A stretch of DNA of 64,000 bases from Candidatus Thorarchaeota archaeon (lineage in GTDB: Archaea; Asgardarchaeota; Thorarchaeia; Thorarchaeales; Thorarchaeaceae). The number at the start of each line of letters is the position of its first letter. Position 1 is the first letter of the stretch. Location: NCBI GenBank assembly GCA_048882485.1, contig JBHLRP010000001.1:224001-288000 (forward strand), in the 5' to 3' direction. The notes under the pieces were generated by a model. It saw only the letters and a list, made by a program, of their open reading frames with translations. It did no database searches and was not told the DNA's origin. The position numbers were made by a program, and so were the translations under genes. Positions 29,538 to 37,645 of this stretch are shown here, piece after piece.

Positions 29538-29801
29538 TCAAGGCGTCAGTTTCTTGACAATGTCAACAATGGCCTTCCCTTTGACCTTTGTTACTCGCAG
29601 CAAATATTGAGAGGTCTGTAGCTCAAAACTATCACCATCTTCCACATTATCCATGACATTTCTACCCATCGGGCCATTAAGATAATTGGAGTACCGCTGG
29701 ACAACACTGTCCTTGTTGTTGTCCTTTTGATCATTATATGGCACCGGTATACCATCCTTGTCATGTTTTAGAGTTCTTGGTGGATCTGTAGACCTGAGCA
29801 C
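29538..29801 (-). CDS. Small hypothetical protein, apparent paralog of 44656-44883
   Basis: YSNYLNGPMGRNVM motif resembles WSNFLNTEEGRLIV in 44656-44883. Confidence 0.65.
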   Translation of the reverse strand: MLRSTDPPRTLKHDKDGIPVPYNDQKDNNKDSVVQRYSNYLNGPMGRNVMDNVEDGDSFELQTSQYLLRVTKVKGKAIVDIVKKLTP

Positions 29802-29876
29802 TATACACAGATTTTGAGTGCATAAATATTGTCTGTGTATTGGTGGTTATATTCTGCTAGCAGCCCTCTGAAAGCT

Positions 29877-30950
29877 TCACTCACTCCAAGATATCCTGCC
29901 ATCTTCAATTAGCTCATCCAGTGCGAATGGTTTCTCCTTTTTCTTTTTCAACGACGAGTCTGCGAAGAGTTCACAAGAATCGGGAACACCAAGATCCTCT
30001 AGTTCAGGACATGAAAAAAGGGGAGTCAGATTCAATTCAGAAAAGTCATTCTCCTGCGGATGGTTACTGTGTAGGTATAGCTCTTCAAGGGCAACACATT
30101 CCGAGAGTGGACTGAGGTCTATAGAATCAAGCTGGTTGCCGGCGATATCAAGGGCTCTGAGGTCCACACAACTTGACAGAGGTCCTAAGTCCAATTCAGT
30201 AATTGCATTCATTGCAAGCTCCAGTCTTCTCAGATTCGTGCAACGAGAGAGTGGCTCAAGGTCTATAGTAGTAATCTCGTTACCGCCTAGGCGAAGTATT
30301 CGGAAATCTCTAGCGTTTGAGAGAGGACTCAGATCCACAGAAGCGATTGCATTTTGGTGCAGATATAGGAATTTCAAATTAGTACAAGCCGATAGCGGGA
30401 TTAGATCGATCTCTGTTAGAGAATTATACATGAGGTTTAGCTGAGAGAGGCTTGCGCATCTCTCTAGAGGTGTCAAATCGACAGATTCTAGCCCATTGGT
30501 TTCAAGCTCCAAACTGGTCAGCTTCTCACATGCTGAGAGTGGGCTAAGATCAATCTCTGTGATCTTGTTGTTGAATAGTCTCAATCTCTCCAACTGGGTA
30601 CACTTTGATAGAGGGGTCAGATCTACTGAGGATAATTCGTTTGTTCCAAGGTTGAGCTCTCTGAGATTGGTGCAGCTTACTAGAGGAGATATGTCAACAA
30701 CCGGAATCTGATTTTTGAAGAGATTGATGACCCTTAATTTCTTCAATACACCAAGAGGGGAAAGGTCGATCTCAGTCAGTTTATTGGCGCCCAGCAACAA
30801 CTCCTCAATATCAGGAGAGTCCTTGAGCACTTCAAGACTGATGTCGAGAATGCCTTTCTTACTCAAGTCTAGAACACTGTTTTCAAGGTCGAACTCAATT
30901 CGTTTGGTGCCATCCTTGTCGGTATATTCAATGTCAATCTCGTACAACAA
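29877..30950 (-). CDS. Leucine-rich repeat protein
   Basis: About 12 23-aa LRRs of consensus LxxLxLxxNxLxxIDLSPLSxCxx. Confidence 0.93.
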   Translation of the reverse strand: MLYEIDIEYTDKDGTKRIEFDLENSVLDLSKKGILDISLEVLKDSPDIEELLLGANKLTEIDLSPLGVLKKLRVINLFKNQIPVVDISPLVSCTNLRELNLGTNELSSVDLTPLSKCTQLERLRLFNNKITEIDLSPLSACEKLTSLELETNGLESVDLTPLERCASLSQLNLMYNSLTEIDLIPLSACTNLKFLYLHQNAIASVDLSPLSNARDFRILRLGGNEITTIDLEPLSRCTNLRRLELAMNAITELDLGPLSSCVDLRALDIAGNQLDSIDLSPLSECVALEELYLHSNHPQENDFSELNLTPLFSCPELEDLGVPDSCELFADSSLKKKKEKPFALDELIEDGRISWSE

Positions 30951-31123
30951 ATCACTCCCTTCTTAGTCCTGCTATAATTGAGTCGAGGCTGCAATTGGTC
31001 TTTTCAATGTTGGCCTTATTTCCTGTGAATTTTCACAATGATTGAAAGCAAAACACTGCTTCAGAGTTAACGTTTTAAATGGCACATGCTCCGGCCAGAG
31101 AAAGCTTTGGGAGCTGTATAGGC

Positions 31124-31489
31124 TTGGAGAAAAAGACTCTTGGAATTCTACTCCTGACTTCACCGTACACATATCAGAACAGTCACACATTCTATGACCT
31201 TACCAAAGCCGCTCTTGAGAAGGGCTATGCCGTCAAGGTGTTCTTGTTTGTGGATGGTGTGAACAATGCGAAACTGGGACAAGATCCCGACCCTGACATT
31301 CCAATGAATTACAAACTTCAAGAACTGGCTGACGCGGGAGCTGAGTTCCAGGCTTGTGGTCTATGCACATCCGCTCGCGGTTTTGACCAGAGAGGAACTG
31401 ATTTTATTGAAGGTGTGGAGGTTTCGGGCCTCACCGAGTTTGCAGAATACATAGGCGAGGCCGACCGTTTCATCACGTTTGGAATGTAG
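31124..31489 (+). CDS. dsrE: DsrE/TusD-family sulfur relay subunit
   Basis: LLTSPY, VFLFVDGV, ACGLCTSARG, GLTEF. First gene of an E-F-H triad. TTG 31124 is preferred as start. Confidence 0.85.
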   Translation: MEKKTLGILLLTSPYTYQNSHTFYDLTKAALEKGYAVKVFLFVDGVNNAKLGQDPDPDIPMNYKLQELADAGAEFQACGLCTSARGFDQRGTDFIEGVEVSGLTEFAEYIGEADRFITFGM

Positions 31490-31500
31490 GAGGAACAAGG

Positions 31501-31851
31501 ATGGAGTTTACAGAACGCAAAGTACTCATACTCGTGAAGAGCCGCCCCTATGGTGAGATTATCAACTTTGAGGGTTGGAGGGCAGCAGTGGGGATGTTCG
31601 GGATGGACCATGAGCCGTTGCTCTTGTTTATAGGTGATGGAGTCTTCTCCCTTTTGAAGTCCGCTGATGTGATGCCTTTCCGGATGTTCAAAGCAACCTA
31701 CCTTGATTTCGACGGGAGAATCCTTGCCAGTAGAAAGTCGCTTGAAGTGCGAAACATCAGTGCAGAGGAGATCTTTGAAGAGGTCGAGCTGGCTGATGAA
31801 TCAATGATTGCAGAGGCATTGACTGAAAATGAAATCATCATTACATTCTGA
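31501..31851 (+). CDS. dsrF: DsrF/TusC-family sulfur relay subunit
   Basis: SRPYGEI..EG.R, LFIGDGVFSL, SL..R.I. Confidence 0.85.
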   Translation: MEFTERKVLILVKSRPYGEIINFEGWRAAVGMFGMDHEPLLLFIGDGVFSLLKSADVMPFRMFKATYLDFDGRILASRKSLEVRNISAEEIFEEVELADESMIAEALTENEIIITF

Positions 31852-31862
31852 GGTGGATATGG

Positions 31863-32162
31863 TTGAAGTTTCTAATCTGGATTACAAGTGATTGTCCTGA
31901 CATTAGTGAGGTCGTAGATGCTCTGAAAGCTGGTGGACATGAGATTGGAATTCTAGTAGCTCAGGATGGAGTCTATAGCATAGATAAAGGCTGTGCCACA
32001 TCAGGCGATATCAAGGGGCTTGGAGTTCCAGTATTTGCAATCAGGCATCATGTTGAAGAGCGAGGCCTGAATGAGCGTCTAGCAATTGATGCCAATATGG
32101 TCGAATATGATGGTGCAGTCGGCCTCATTATGGAGCAGTATGATAAAGTAATCTCGCTGTGA
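31863..32162 (+). CDS. dsrH: DsrH/TusB-family sulfur relay subunit
   Basis: AQDGVY, VEERGL, VEYDGAVGLI..YDKVISL. Confidence 0.85.
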   Translation: MKFLIWITSDCPDISEVVDALKAGGHEIGILVAQDGVYSIDKGCATSGDIKGLGVPVFAIRHHVEERGLNERLAIDANMVEYDGAVGLIMEQYDKVISL

Positions 32163-32282
32163 GCTAGTCATGATGGCTTCTTTCTTTTCTCTTTGTTCAG
32201 ATTTCCATATTGGGTCCTTTTGAGGCTCTTCGCAAACGTTGAATAAGGAATGAGACAATAGCAGAAACCTAGGTGCTCACTT

Positions 32283-32582
32283 ATGGCATGGGAAAAACAC
32301 TCAAAGAAGATTACAGAACTCAAAGAATCCAATACTCAGATTGATATGAAGGTCAGAGAACGCCTTGAAGAGATGATTGGCAAAGTCGCTGACCAAGACG
32401 TAGCTGTAAGTTTAGGATTTTTGAAAGATTATTTGCATCTTCGAAAAGAAGATGATGATGCGATTGATGAGCTCAAGTTTCACGTGAATCTAATGGACGA
32501 CATCCGTTACAGCGTAATTGCGGATGATAATGATCAGTCCATATACATCTACTTCACAAAAGAGAAGGAAGACAAGGACTGA
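32283..32582 (+). CDS. Hypothetical acidic protein
   Basis: 99-aa ORF with ATG start and typical codon usage. No recognised motif. Confidence 0.65.
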   Translation: MAWEKHSKKITELKESNTQIDMKVRERLEEMIGKVADQDVAVSLGFLKDYLHLRKEDDDAIDELKFHVNLMDDIRYSVIADDNDQSIYIYFTKEKEDKD

Positions 32583-32612
32583 TATACCCACAATGCAAAA
32601 GGAAAGTGCATT

Positions 32613-32645
32613 GGAGAGAACTTGAGCTAATCCTGAGTTCTCTCC
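32613..32645. terminator. Hairpin between convergent genes, putative bidirectional terminator
   Basis: GGAGAGAACT...AGTTCTCTCC perfect 10-bp stem. A second IR (CAATGCA...TGCATTG, 32591-32613) lies next to it. Confidence 0.5.
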
Positions 32646-32656
32646 GCATGTTGGTT

Positions 32657-33034
32657 TTAGAAAGTCATCACTCTAGAGTGCTTCAGTGTATCATCAATCA
32701 TGGTAGCTGCACCGGCGATCTCAATTCTCGGATCTCTGAGCTGGTCTTGAGTGATACCTCTGAACTCGACAGAGTTTGAGCACACCTGTACTTTGCCTCC
32801 TGATTCCAGAAACGCATCGATCAAGTCTGGAAGTGGTGGGAAACCGGGTGCCTTTACTTTCTCCGCTGCGCCTTTCTTCATCAGATAAACTGCATCCATC
32901 ATCAGAAATATGTTGGTTTCAATATCCTGAGCTTGAGCAGTAGTGCCTGTCACAAAGGGTCCATAACATCGTTCTGCTGCTTCAGGGCCCCATTGACCGA
33001 TAATGTATAGTTTTTCTGCTTCTGCCAATTTCAT
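32657..33034 (-). CDS. DsrE-family protein (standalone, DsrE3-like)
   Basis: ERCYGPF..G..A, IFLMMDAVYL, VCSNS..FRG, AGAAT. Confidence 0.85.
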   Translation of the reverse strand: MKLAEAEKLYIIGQWGPEAAERCYGPFVTGTTAQAQDIETNIFLMMDAVYLMKKGAAEKVKAPGFPPLPDLIDAFLESGGKVQVCSNSVEFRGITQDQLRDPRIEIAGAATMIDDTLKHSRVMTF

Positions 33035-33043
33035 TCATCTCCA

Positions 33044-33439
33044 CTATAGAACAACAAGTTCAGCGTAGTACAAGACCATTGCAAAGGCTAGAAACATACT
33101 CACAATCAGGTTTGTGATGTGTGAGCTGTGAATTGGTCCACCCTGCATTGTCTTCATCAAGACAGGAACCGCCTGAATGAACTCCAGCAGGAACGCTAGA
33201 GCAAAGAAGACGAGGTCGATCGCTAGTAATAGCTGTACCAGATCCATGAATCCCAATGAGAATGTCGGCGCCACAATCCCCACAATCAAAGTGATGAGGC
33301 TGACCAGCATTCCCAACATGAGCATCATGACCTGGGGCATCAAGACAAATCCCATTCTCCTAGCCGCCATGAATCCACTGAACATCGTGGCGAAACCCAT
33401 TGCGAACAGGACGAATAGTAGTAGTTGGAAAACTGCCAT
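33044..33439 (-). CDS. Four-TM membrane protein upstream of the DsrE-family gene
   Basis: Four long hydrophobic segments. Ends 9 nt before the DsrE-family gene, with a GGAG RBS in the gap. Confidence 0.75.
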   Translation of the reverse strand: MAVFQLLLFVLFAMGFATMFSGFMAARRMGFVLMPQVMMLMLGMLVSLITLIVGIVAPTFSLGFMDLVQLLLAIDLVFFALAFLLEFIQAVPVLMKTMQGGPIHSSHITNLIVSMFLAFAMVLYYAELVVL

Positions 33440-33514
33440 TTTGGTTCACCCAAGTGATTGAGGCGCAAAAATAATCCACTGATAAGGGTGTCGGAAATGG
33501 AACAAAAGATGGAC

Positions 33515-33622
33515 ATCGGGTGTGCGAAAACGCACAATCGTTGCTTAAGAATTGTTAATCGGGTGTGTGAAATCGCGCAACCGATGCTTAAAAATCGTTA
33601 ATCGGGTGTGTGAAATCGCACA
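33515..33622. repeat. Three 43-bp-period tandem repeats, each with a TGTGYG-N4-CGCRCA palindrome
   Basis: ATCGGGTGTG starts at 33515, 33558 and 33601. Cores are TGTGCGaaaaCGCACA, TGTGTGaaatCGCGCA and TGTGTGaaatCGCACA. Confidence 0.85.
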
Positions 33623-33681
33623 TCTGTGCATCGCAATCCTTTAAACTGCAACGCAACAGAGCCGGGCCGTAGGTTTTGACG

Positions 33682-33918
33682 ATGACCCACGACGTAGCAC
33701 GAACATTCGATGCCTCAGGTATGAGGTGCCCAATGCCAATCCTCAAGACAAAGAAAGAGATCAGCCAAGTTGAAATTGGTCAGATTCTCCAAGTAATCGC
33801 GACTGACATCGGAACCAAAAAGGACTTCCCTGCATTTGCCGAGAGAACCGGTCATGAGATAGTTGAACTTGTTGAAGAAGGCGACAGACTCGTTTGGTAT
33901 ATTAGGCGTACCAAGTGA
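33682..33918 (+). CDS. tusA: TusA/SirA sulfur carrier protein
   Basis: DASGMRCPMPILKTKK, ATDIG...DF.AF..RTGH. Confidence 0.92.
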   Translation: MTHDVARTFDASGMRCPMPILKTKKEISQVEIGQILQVIATDIGTKKDFPAFAERTGHEIVELVEEGDRLVWYIRRTK

Positions 33919-33935
33919 TGTTTTTTCTGGGAAGG

Positions 33936-34343
33936 CTATGCCTTCTTTCCTGGGACGATTAGGACTTGTCCCAGCATATCTCCTATCATGACAGAGGCCT
34001 TCAGTCTGGACTGAAACATTGCCATGTTTGCCACTCTTTCTTCATTATAAGGTTTGTATTCAAGAGCCCCAATACAAGATATGTGGCCCATGCCATTCGC
34101 ACCATAAAATGATTGAAGGACCATTCCATATGCTGGAATGTCAATTGGTCTTATTGGGACTATTCGTGTTTCACCTTCAACAAATGGGACTTTCTCATTT
34201 GCCACGACTGGTGTCAGCTTCGCTCTGTCCCATTGCAATGCGATTTCAATTTCGTTAAGTCCATCCACTGCAGACCTGACCCTATCTATCCCAATCTCTG
34301 CTAAGTCTTGTCTGCAACTTATGACATAGATTTTCTCTGACAA
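33936..34343 (-). CDS. DUF22-like archaeal protein
   Basis: VANE...EGE..I.PI.PIDIP, G, EER....F, GDMLG pattern, recalled as matching DUF22. Confidence 0.6.
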   Translation of the reverse strand: MSEKIYVISCRQDLAEIGIDRVRSAVDGLNEIEIALQWDRAKLTPVVANEKVPFVEGETRIVPIRPIDIPAYGMVLQSFYGANGMGHISCIGALEYKPYNEERVANMAMFQSRLKASVMIGDMLGQVLIVPGKKA

Positions 34344-34463
34344 TGCTGAGTTCTCCTTGATGAAACTGTGGATTAGCAGTCTTAAGTAATTATCGAATCA
34401 TGATTCATTATATGGTGAATAATTCTAGAATCTATTTATGCTAGTCTTCAGTTGATAAAATGA

Positions 34464-35303
34464 GTGAGATCGATGGATACAGCTGAAATCATGGAGATTG
34501 CCCTTGAGATGGCTGAGCTGGACGAGATTCCAGGTGACTCGGCTATCCACGTGCCTGGGACAGACATTCAGCGAATTCTGATAGGAATTGACATGTGGAC
34601 GTCGGAGCTTCTGCTTGCCAGAGAGTTAAACTACGACTTGGTCATTGCACATCATCCTCCCGGTGGTGTTGCTAGAATCAATTTTGACCAAGTAGTGCTA
34701 AGGCAGATTCAGCAGATGATTGATGCAGGCATTCCTTCACACCGAGCAGAGAAGGCTCTAAAACCACGTCTAGATGTCACAAGAGCGAACATTCACACAA
34801 GCAACTACGATCGGTTTGTTTCTGCGGCACGTCTGATGGAGATGCCCTTTATGAACATCCATCTCCCCCTTGACATAATCTGTCGAAGGCGATTCATTGA
34901 GGCGGTGGAAGAAGGAACTAGGAACATCACAGAACCACTGGTGCAAGATGCAATAGAAGCGATGAATGAGATTCCAGAGATGAAAATGGGAATGACTGAG
35001 CCTATGGTTCATGTTGGCTTAGCCCAGAATCGACTAGGCGGTTGGATTGTAGCAATGGCGGGAGGGACAAATGGAGGAGCAGGAGTCGCCAAGGCTTACT
35101 TTGATGCTGGTTATTCAACTGTGATCTACATGCACCTTGGGGACACAGATAAGAAGGAACTCCTTAATTATGAAAATGCTGGAAACCTGGTGGCGACGGG
35201 GCATATTGCATCGGACTCGGTTGGCATTGCTCCCTTTGTCAAGGAGTTGCGTTCGAGAGGACTAGAAGTCACACCTATGAGTGGAGTCTTTGTCCCTGAA
35301 TAG
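34464..35303 (+). CDS. NIF3-like dinuclear metal-centre protein
   Basis: ILIGID, VIAHHP, NIHLPLD, GHIASDSVG. Confidence 0.82.
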   Translation: MRSMDTAEIMEIALEMAELDEIPGDSAIHVPGTDIQRILIGIDMWTSELLLARELNYDLVIAHHPPGGVARINFDQVVLRQIQQMIDAGIPSHRAEKALKPRLDVTRANIHTSNYDRFVSAARLMEMPFMNIHLPLDIICRRRFIEAVEEGTRNITEPLVQDAIEAMNEIPEMKMGMTEPMVHVGLAQNRLGGWIVAMAGGTNGGAGVAKAYFDAGYSTVIYMHLGDTDKKELLNYENAGNLVATGHIASDSVGIAPFVKELRSRGLEVTPMSGVFVPE

Positions 35304-35318
35304 TCGAAAGACACCCGG

Positions 35319-36221
35319 TCAGAGACCCCGCATATGGCTAGGGCGCAACGACTTCTTGTCACCTGTGGTCAGTACTGACTCAATGATATGTAGAATCTGA
35401 TCTCTATCTTTATTCAGAGTGCCTCCGATTGGCAAGTAGTTTGATGCGTGATTGGTGCGAAATACACATTCACTAAGCTCGAGATGTTTGACTAGTGTCC
35501 TCATCTCATCAAGAATCTCAAATGGAGACATTGGCTCGAATTCCTTTCGTTTTGTCATCTCATAGAGTGGCGTCCCTGGCGGAATCATCAAAGTCAAAGC
35601 GCCCACATATTCGGGATCTATCTTGTTTAATGCTTCCGCTGTAAGTCTTGCATGTTTTTCAGAATGCTCCAAGCCTCCCAATCCCAATATGATTGTTAGT
35701 GACAGTGGAATTCTAGCGTTCCTTATTTTCAGGCAAGCCTCGACATTTTCTTCTGTCGTCACACCCTTTCGACTCCACTGGAGCAATTCATCGTCTCCAG
35801 TTTCCAAACCCAGGTACACAATTCCCAGACCAGCAGTCCTAAGTGTGCTTAGATCGTCTTCTGACTTTTCTCTTACGTCCTTAGCATAGGCATATGATCC
35901 AACTCTCTCTAGTTGCGGTAACTCTGAATGCAGGAATTCTAGGACTTCTTTCAAGTCATCAGTGTCCATAGCTAGGGCGTTCCCATCCGCAAGAAAGACT
36001 CTTCTCACCCGGTTCTTGATAGTCTGATCCACTGAATTCAAGTCACTTGATATTCCCTGGACACCTCTCACCTTGTACTTCTTCCTCTTGTAAGACACGC
36101 AGAATGTGCATGCATTATGGGAGCAACCTACTGTTGCCTGAAGAATCAGACTTCGCGCCTCACTAGGTGGTCTCCAAATCGAGCCTTCATATTCCAACAC
36201 GGGCAGCCACAACGCAATCAA
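35319..36221 (-). CDS. Radical SAM protein
   Basis: YEG.I.RPPSEA.SLILQATVGCSHNACTFC, FLADGNAL, YLGLETG, FRTNHASNY. Confidence 0.92.
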   Translation of the reverse strand: MIALWLPVLEYEGSIWRPPSEARSLILQATVGCSHNACTFCVSYKRKKYKVRGVQGISSDLNSVDQTIKNRVRRVFLADGNALAMDTDDLKEVLEFLHSELPQLERVGSYAYAKDVREKSEDDLSTLRTAGLGIVYLGLETGDDELLQWSRKGVTTEENVEACLKIRNARIPLSLTIILGLGGLEHSEKHARLTAEALNKIDPEYVGALTLMIPPGTPLYEMTKRKEFEPMSPFEILDEMRTLVKHLELSECVFRTNHASNYLPIGGTLNKDRDQILHIIESVLTTGDKKSLRPSHMRGL

Positions 36222-36514
36222 ATAGTAATAGCGCGTCTATCTGTCATTTTCGAATAAATCTTGTTCATTAGCCAAAGGCAAGTCAATAACCCAGATGCCC
36301 ATAGATAAGGCGCTATTTGAGCTCCAACATCAATGTGGAGTGAAGGAGCAGAAACACTGACACAGCAATAGAAGAAAATCGTCACCATCCAAGAGAGAGA
36401 GAGAACCGCAGTGAGAAGGTTTGTCCAGAAACCAACCTCTTCGATGGTTTCGTCTTCCCTTTCCTCAAGGGATTCCCAACGATAATGCTCCACCTCTTGC
36501 ATTATTCTCCACAC
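36218..36514 (-). CDS. Small two-TM membrane protein
   Basis: Acidic N-terminus and two hydrophobic helices. The stop overlaps the radical SAM start. Confidence 0.55.
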   Translation of the reverse strand: MWRIMQEVEHYRWESLEEREDETIEEVGFWTNLLTAVLSLSWMVTIFFYCCVSVSAPSLHIDVGAQIAPYLWASGLLTCLWLMNKIYSKMTDRRAITI

Positions 36515-37016
36515 CTATGATGTACCATCAAAATACATGGTTTCTATCTTAATAGAATGTTATTTCAACGCAACAAGCAGCGGAACCAATCGGGATGGAG
36601 CATCTCACGCACTGAGCTAATCCGCCTTCATCTTTGACTTCTTCACAATTCAAAGAATGGTGACTAGAATCGATGCCAAAAGATACGGAGAGATTTGTGC
36701 TAATAAATCGAAATTGAATGATATTGCTGCCCACGAGATTTGGATAAAAACACAAATGTGATGAATCAGGCAATCACCAGTATGCCAGTCCAAACATCCA
36801 TCGACCCTTCTTCTTTGGGCGGTCTTCCAGTTTCCCTGGGTTCATAACTTGGTGGAGTCATGGTTCCATTCTTCCTTCTGCTTGTTCACTTGCTTTACAA
36901 AGGGCTCCAAAAGGATGTTCCTTCTGAGCATAGCCGCCTTTCTGTGTTATTCGCAATACTCATCTTCATAGCGCACTGTAGGATACCTCGATTAGCGTCA
37001 GTATGAGGAATTCAAT

Positions 37017-37559
37017 TTGTCAGTGCCAGCTTACAAAGTGCTTCTTGTGGGGGACGCAAATGTAGGAAAATCCTCTTTGATTCGAAGGATGGTGCTTGGT
37101 GAGTTTGACCCTGACTATACTGCAATGATAGGCGTGGATCTTAGCGCCATTGCCATAAATGTCGATCCCATCACACCAGTGATTTTGACAGCAATTGACC
37201 TAGGAGGCCAAGAGGATTTTAGCAAGCTAAGGACTCAATACTACAAGGGAGCTCACTATGCGATAATGGTCTATGATATATCAAATCGAGACTCGTTTGA
37301 TCATATCCCCGTCTGGATCCATGGGCTGATGACAAATGTGGAGCTACGGGATAAGCAAACCTTTCCATGCATGCTTGTTGGCAACAAATCTGACATGGAC
37401 TCTGAGCGCGAAATCACAGCAGTGGAAGGACGACTACTTGCCAACTCTAGGGGTTGGCCATTCTATGAGGCAAGCGCAAAGTCTGGGGACAATGTTGATG
37501 GGATATTCCTAAGAATTGCAAAATACCTCTTTGCTAAGTATCCCCCAGTGAGAAAGTAG
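37017..37559 (+). CDS. Rab-like small GTPase
   Basis: G1 GDANVGKS, RabF1-like IGVDL, G3 DLGGQE, YYKGA (RabF4-like), VYDIS (RabF5-like), G4 NKSD, G5 EASAK. Confidence 0.93.
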   Translation: MSVPAYKVLLVGDANVGKSSLIRRMVLGEFDPDYTAMIGVDLSAIAINVDPITPVILTAIDLGGQEDFSKLRTQYYKGAHYAIMVYDISNRDSFDHIPVWIHGLMTNVELRDKQTFPCMLVGNKSDMDSEREITAVEGRLLANSRGWPFYEASAKSGDNVDGIFLRIAKYLFAKYPPVRK

Positions 37560-37645
37560 GGTTTTTTAGGGAGTTTCAATGGCGGCGTACTTCGCTCGTC
37601 ATAATTGACGACCGAAATTGGAGCAATTCAGAGAAGGAATGTCTA

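Noticed and set aside
29803-29840. Inverted repeat ATACACAGA...TCTGTGTAT
   Set aside because: A 9-bp stem with a 20-nt loop could arise by chance, and there is no second copy to support a role.
32591-32656. SECIS element or selenoprotein near the DsrE and redox genes
   Set aside because: I found no in-frame UGA at the active-site Cys positions of the DsrE, Trx, Grx, PDO or TrxR genes. The hairpin lacks an evident AUGA/GA core and fits a terminator better.
33515-33622. CRISPR mini-array interpretation of the 43-bp repeats
   Set aside because: The period is too short, the linkers resemble each other rather than being unique spacers, and no cas genes are present.
35319-36221. Radical SAM protein as the activating enzyme for the glycyl radical enzyme
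   Set aside because: It lacks the GCxxxCxWCxNPE-type activase motif, has the RPPSEA signature of a different radical SAM family, and lies 11 kb away.
36549-36970. Short minus-strand ORFs between the two-TM gene and the Rab-like gene
   Set aside because: Only frames of about 25-75 codons with no motif are present. It may be a decayed gene, but I cannot support a call.
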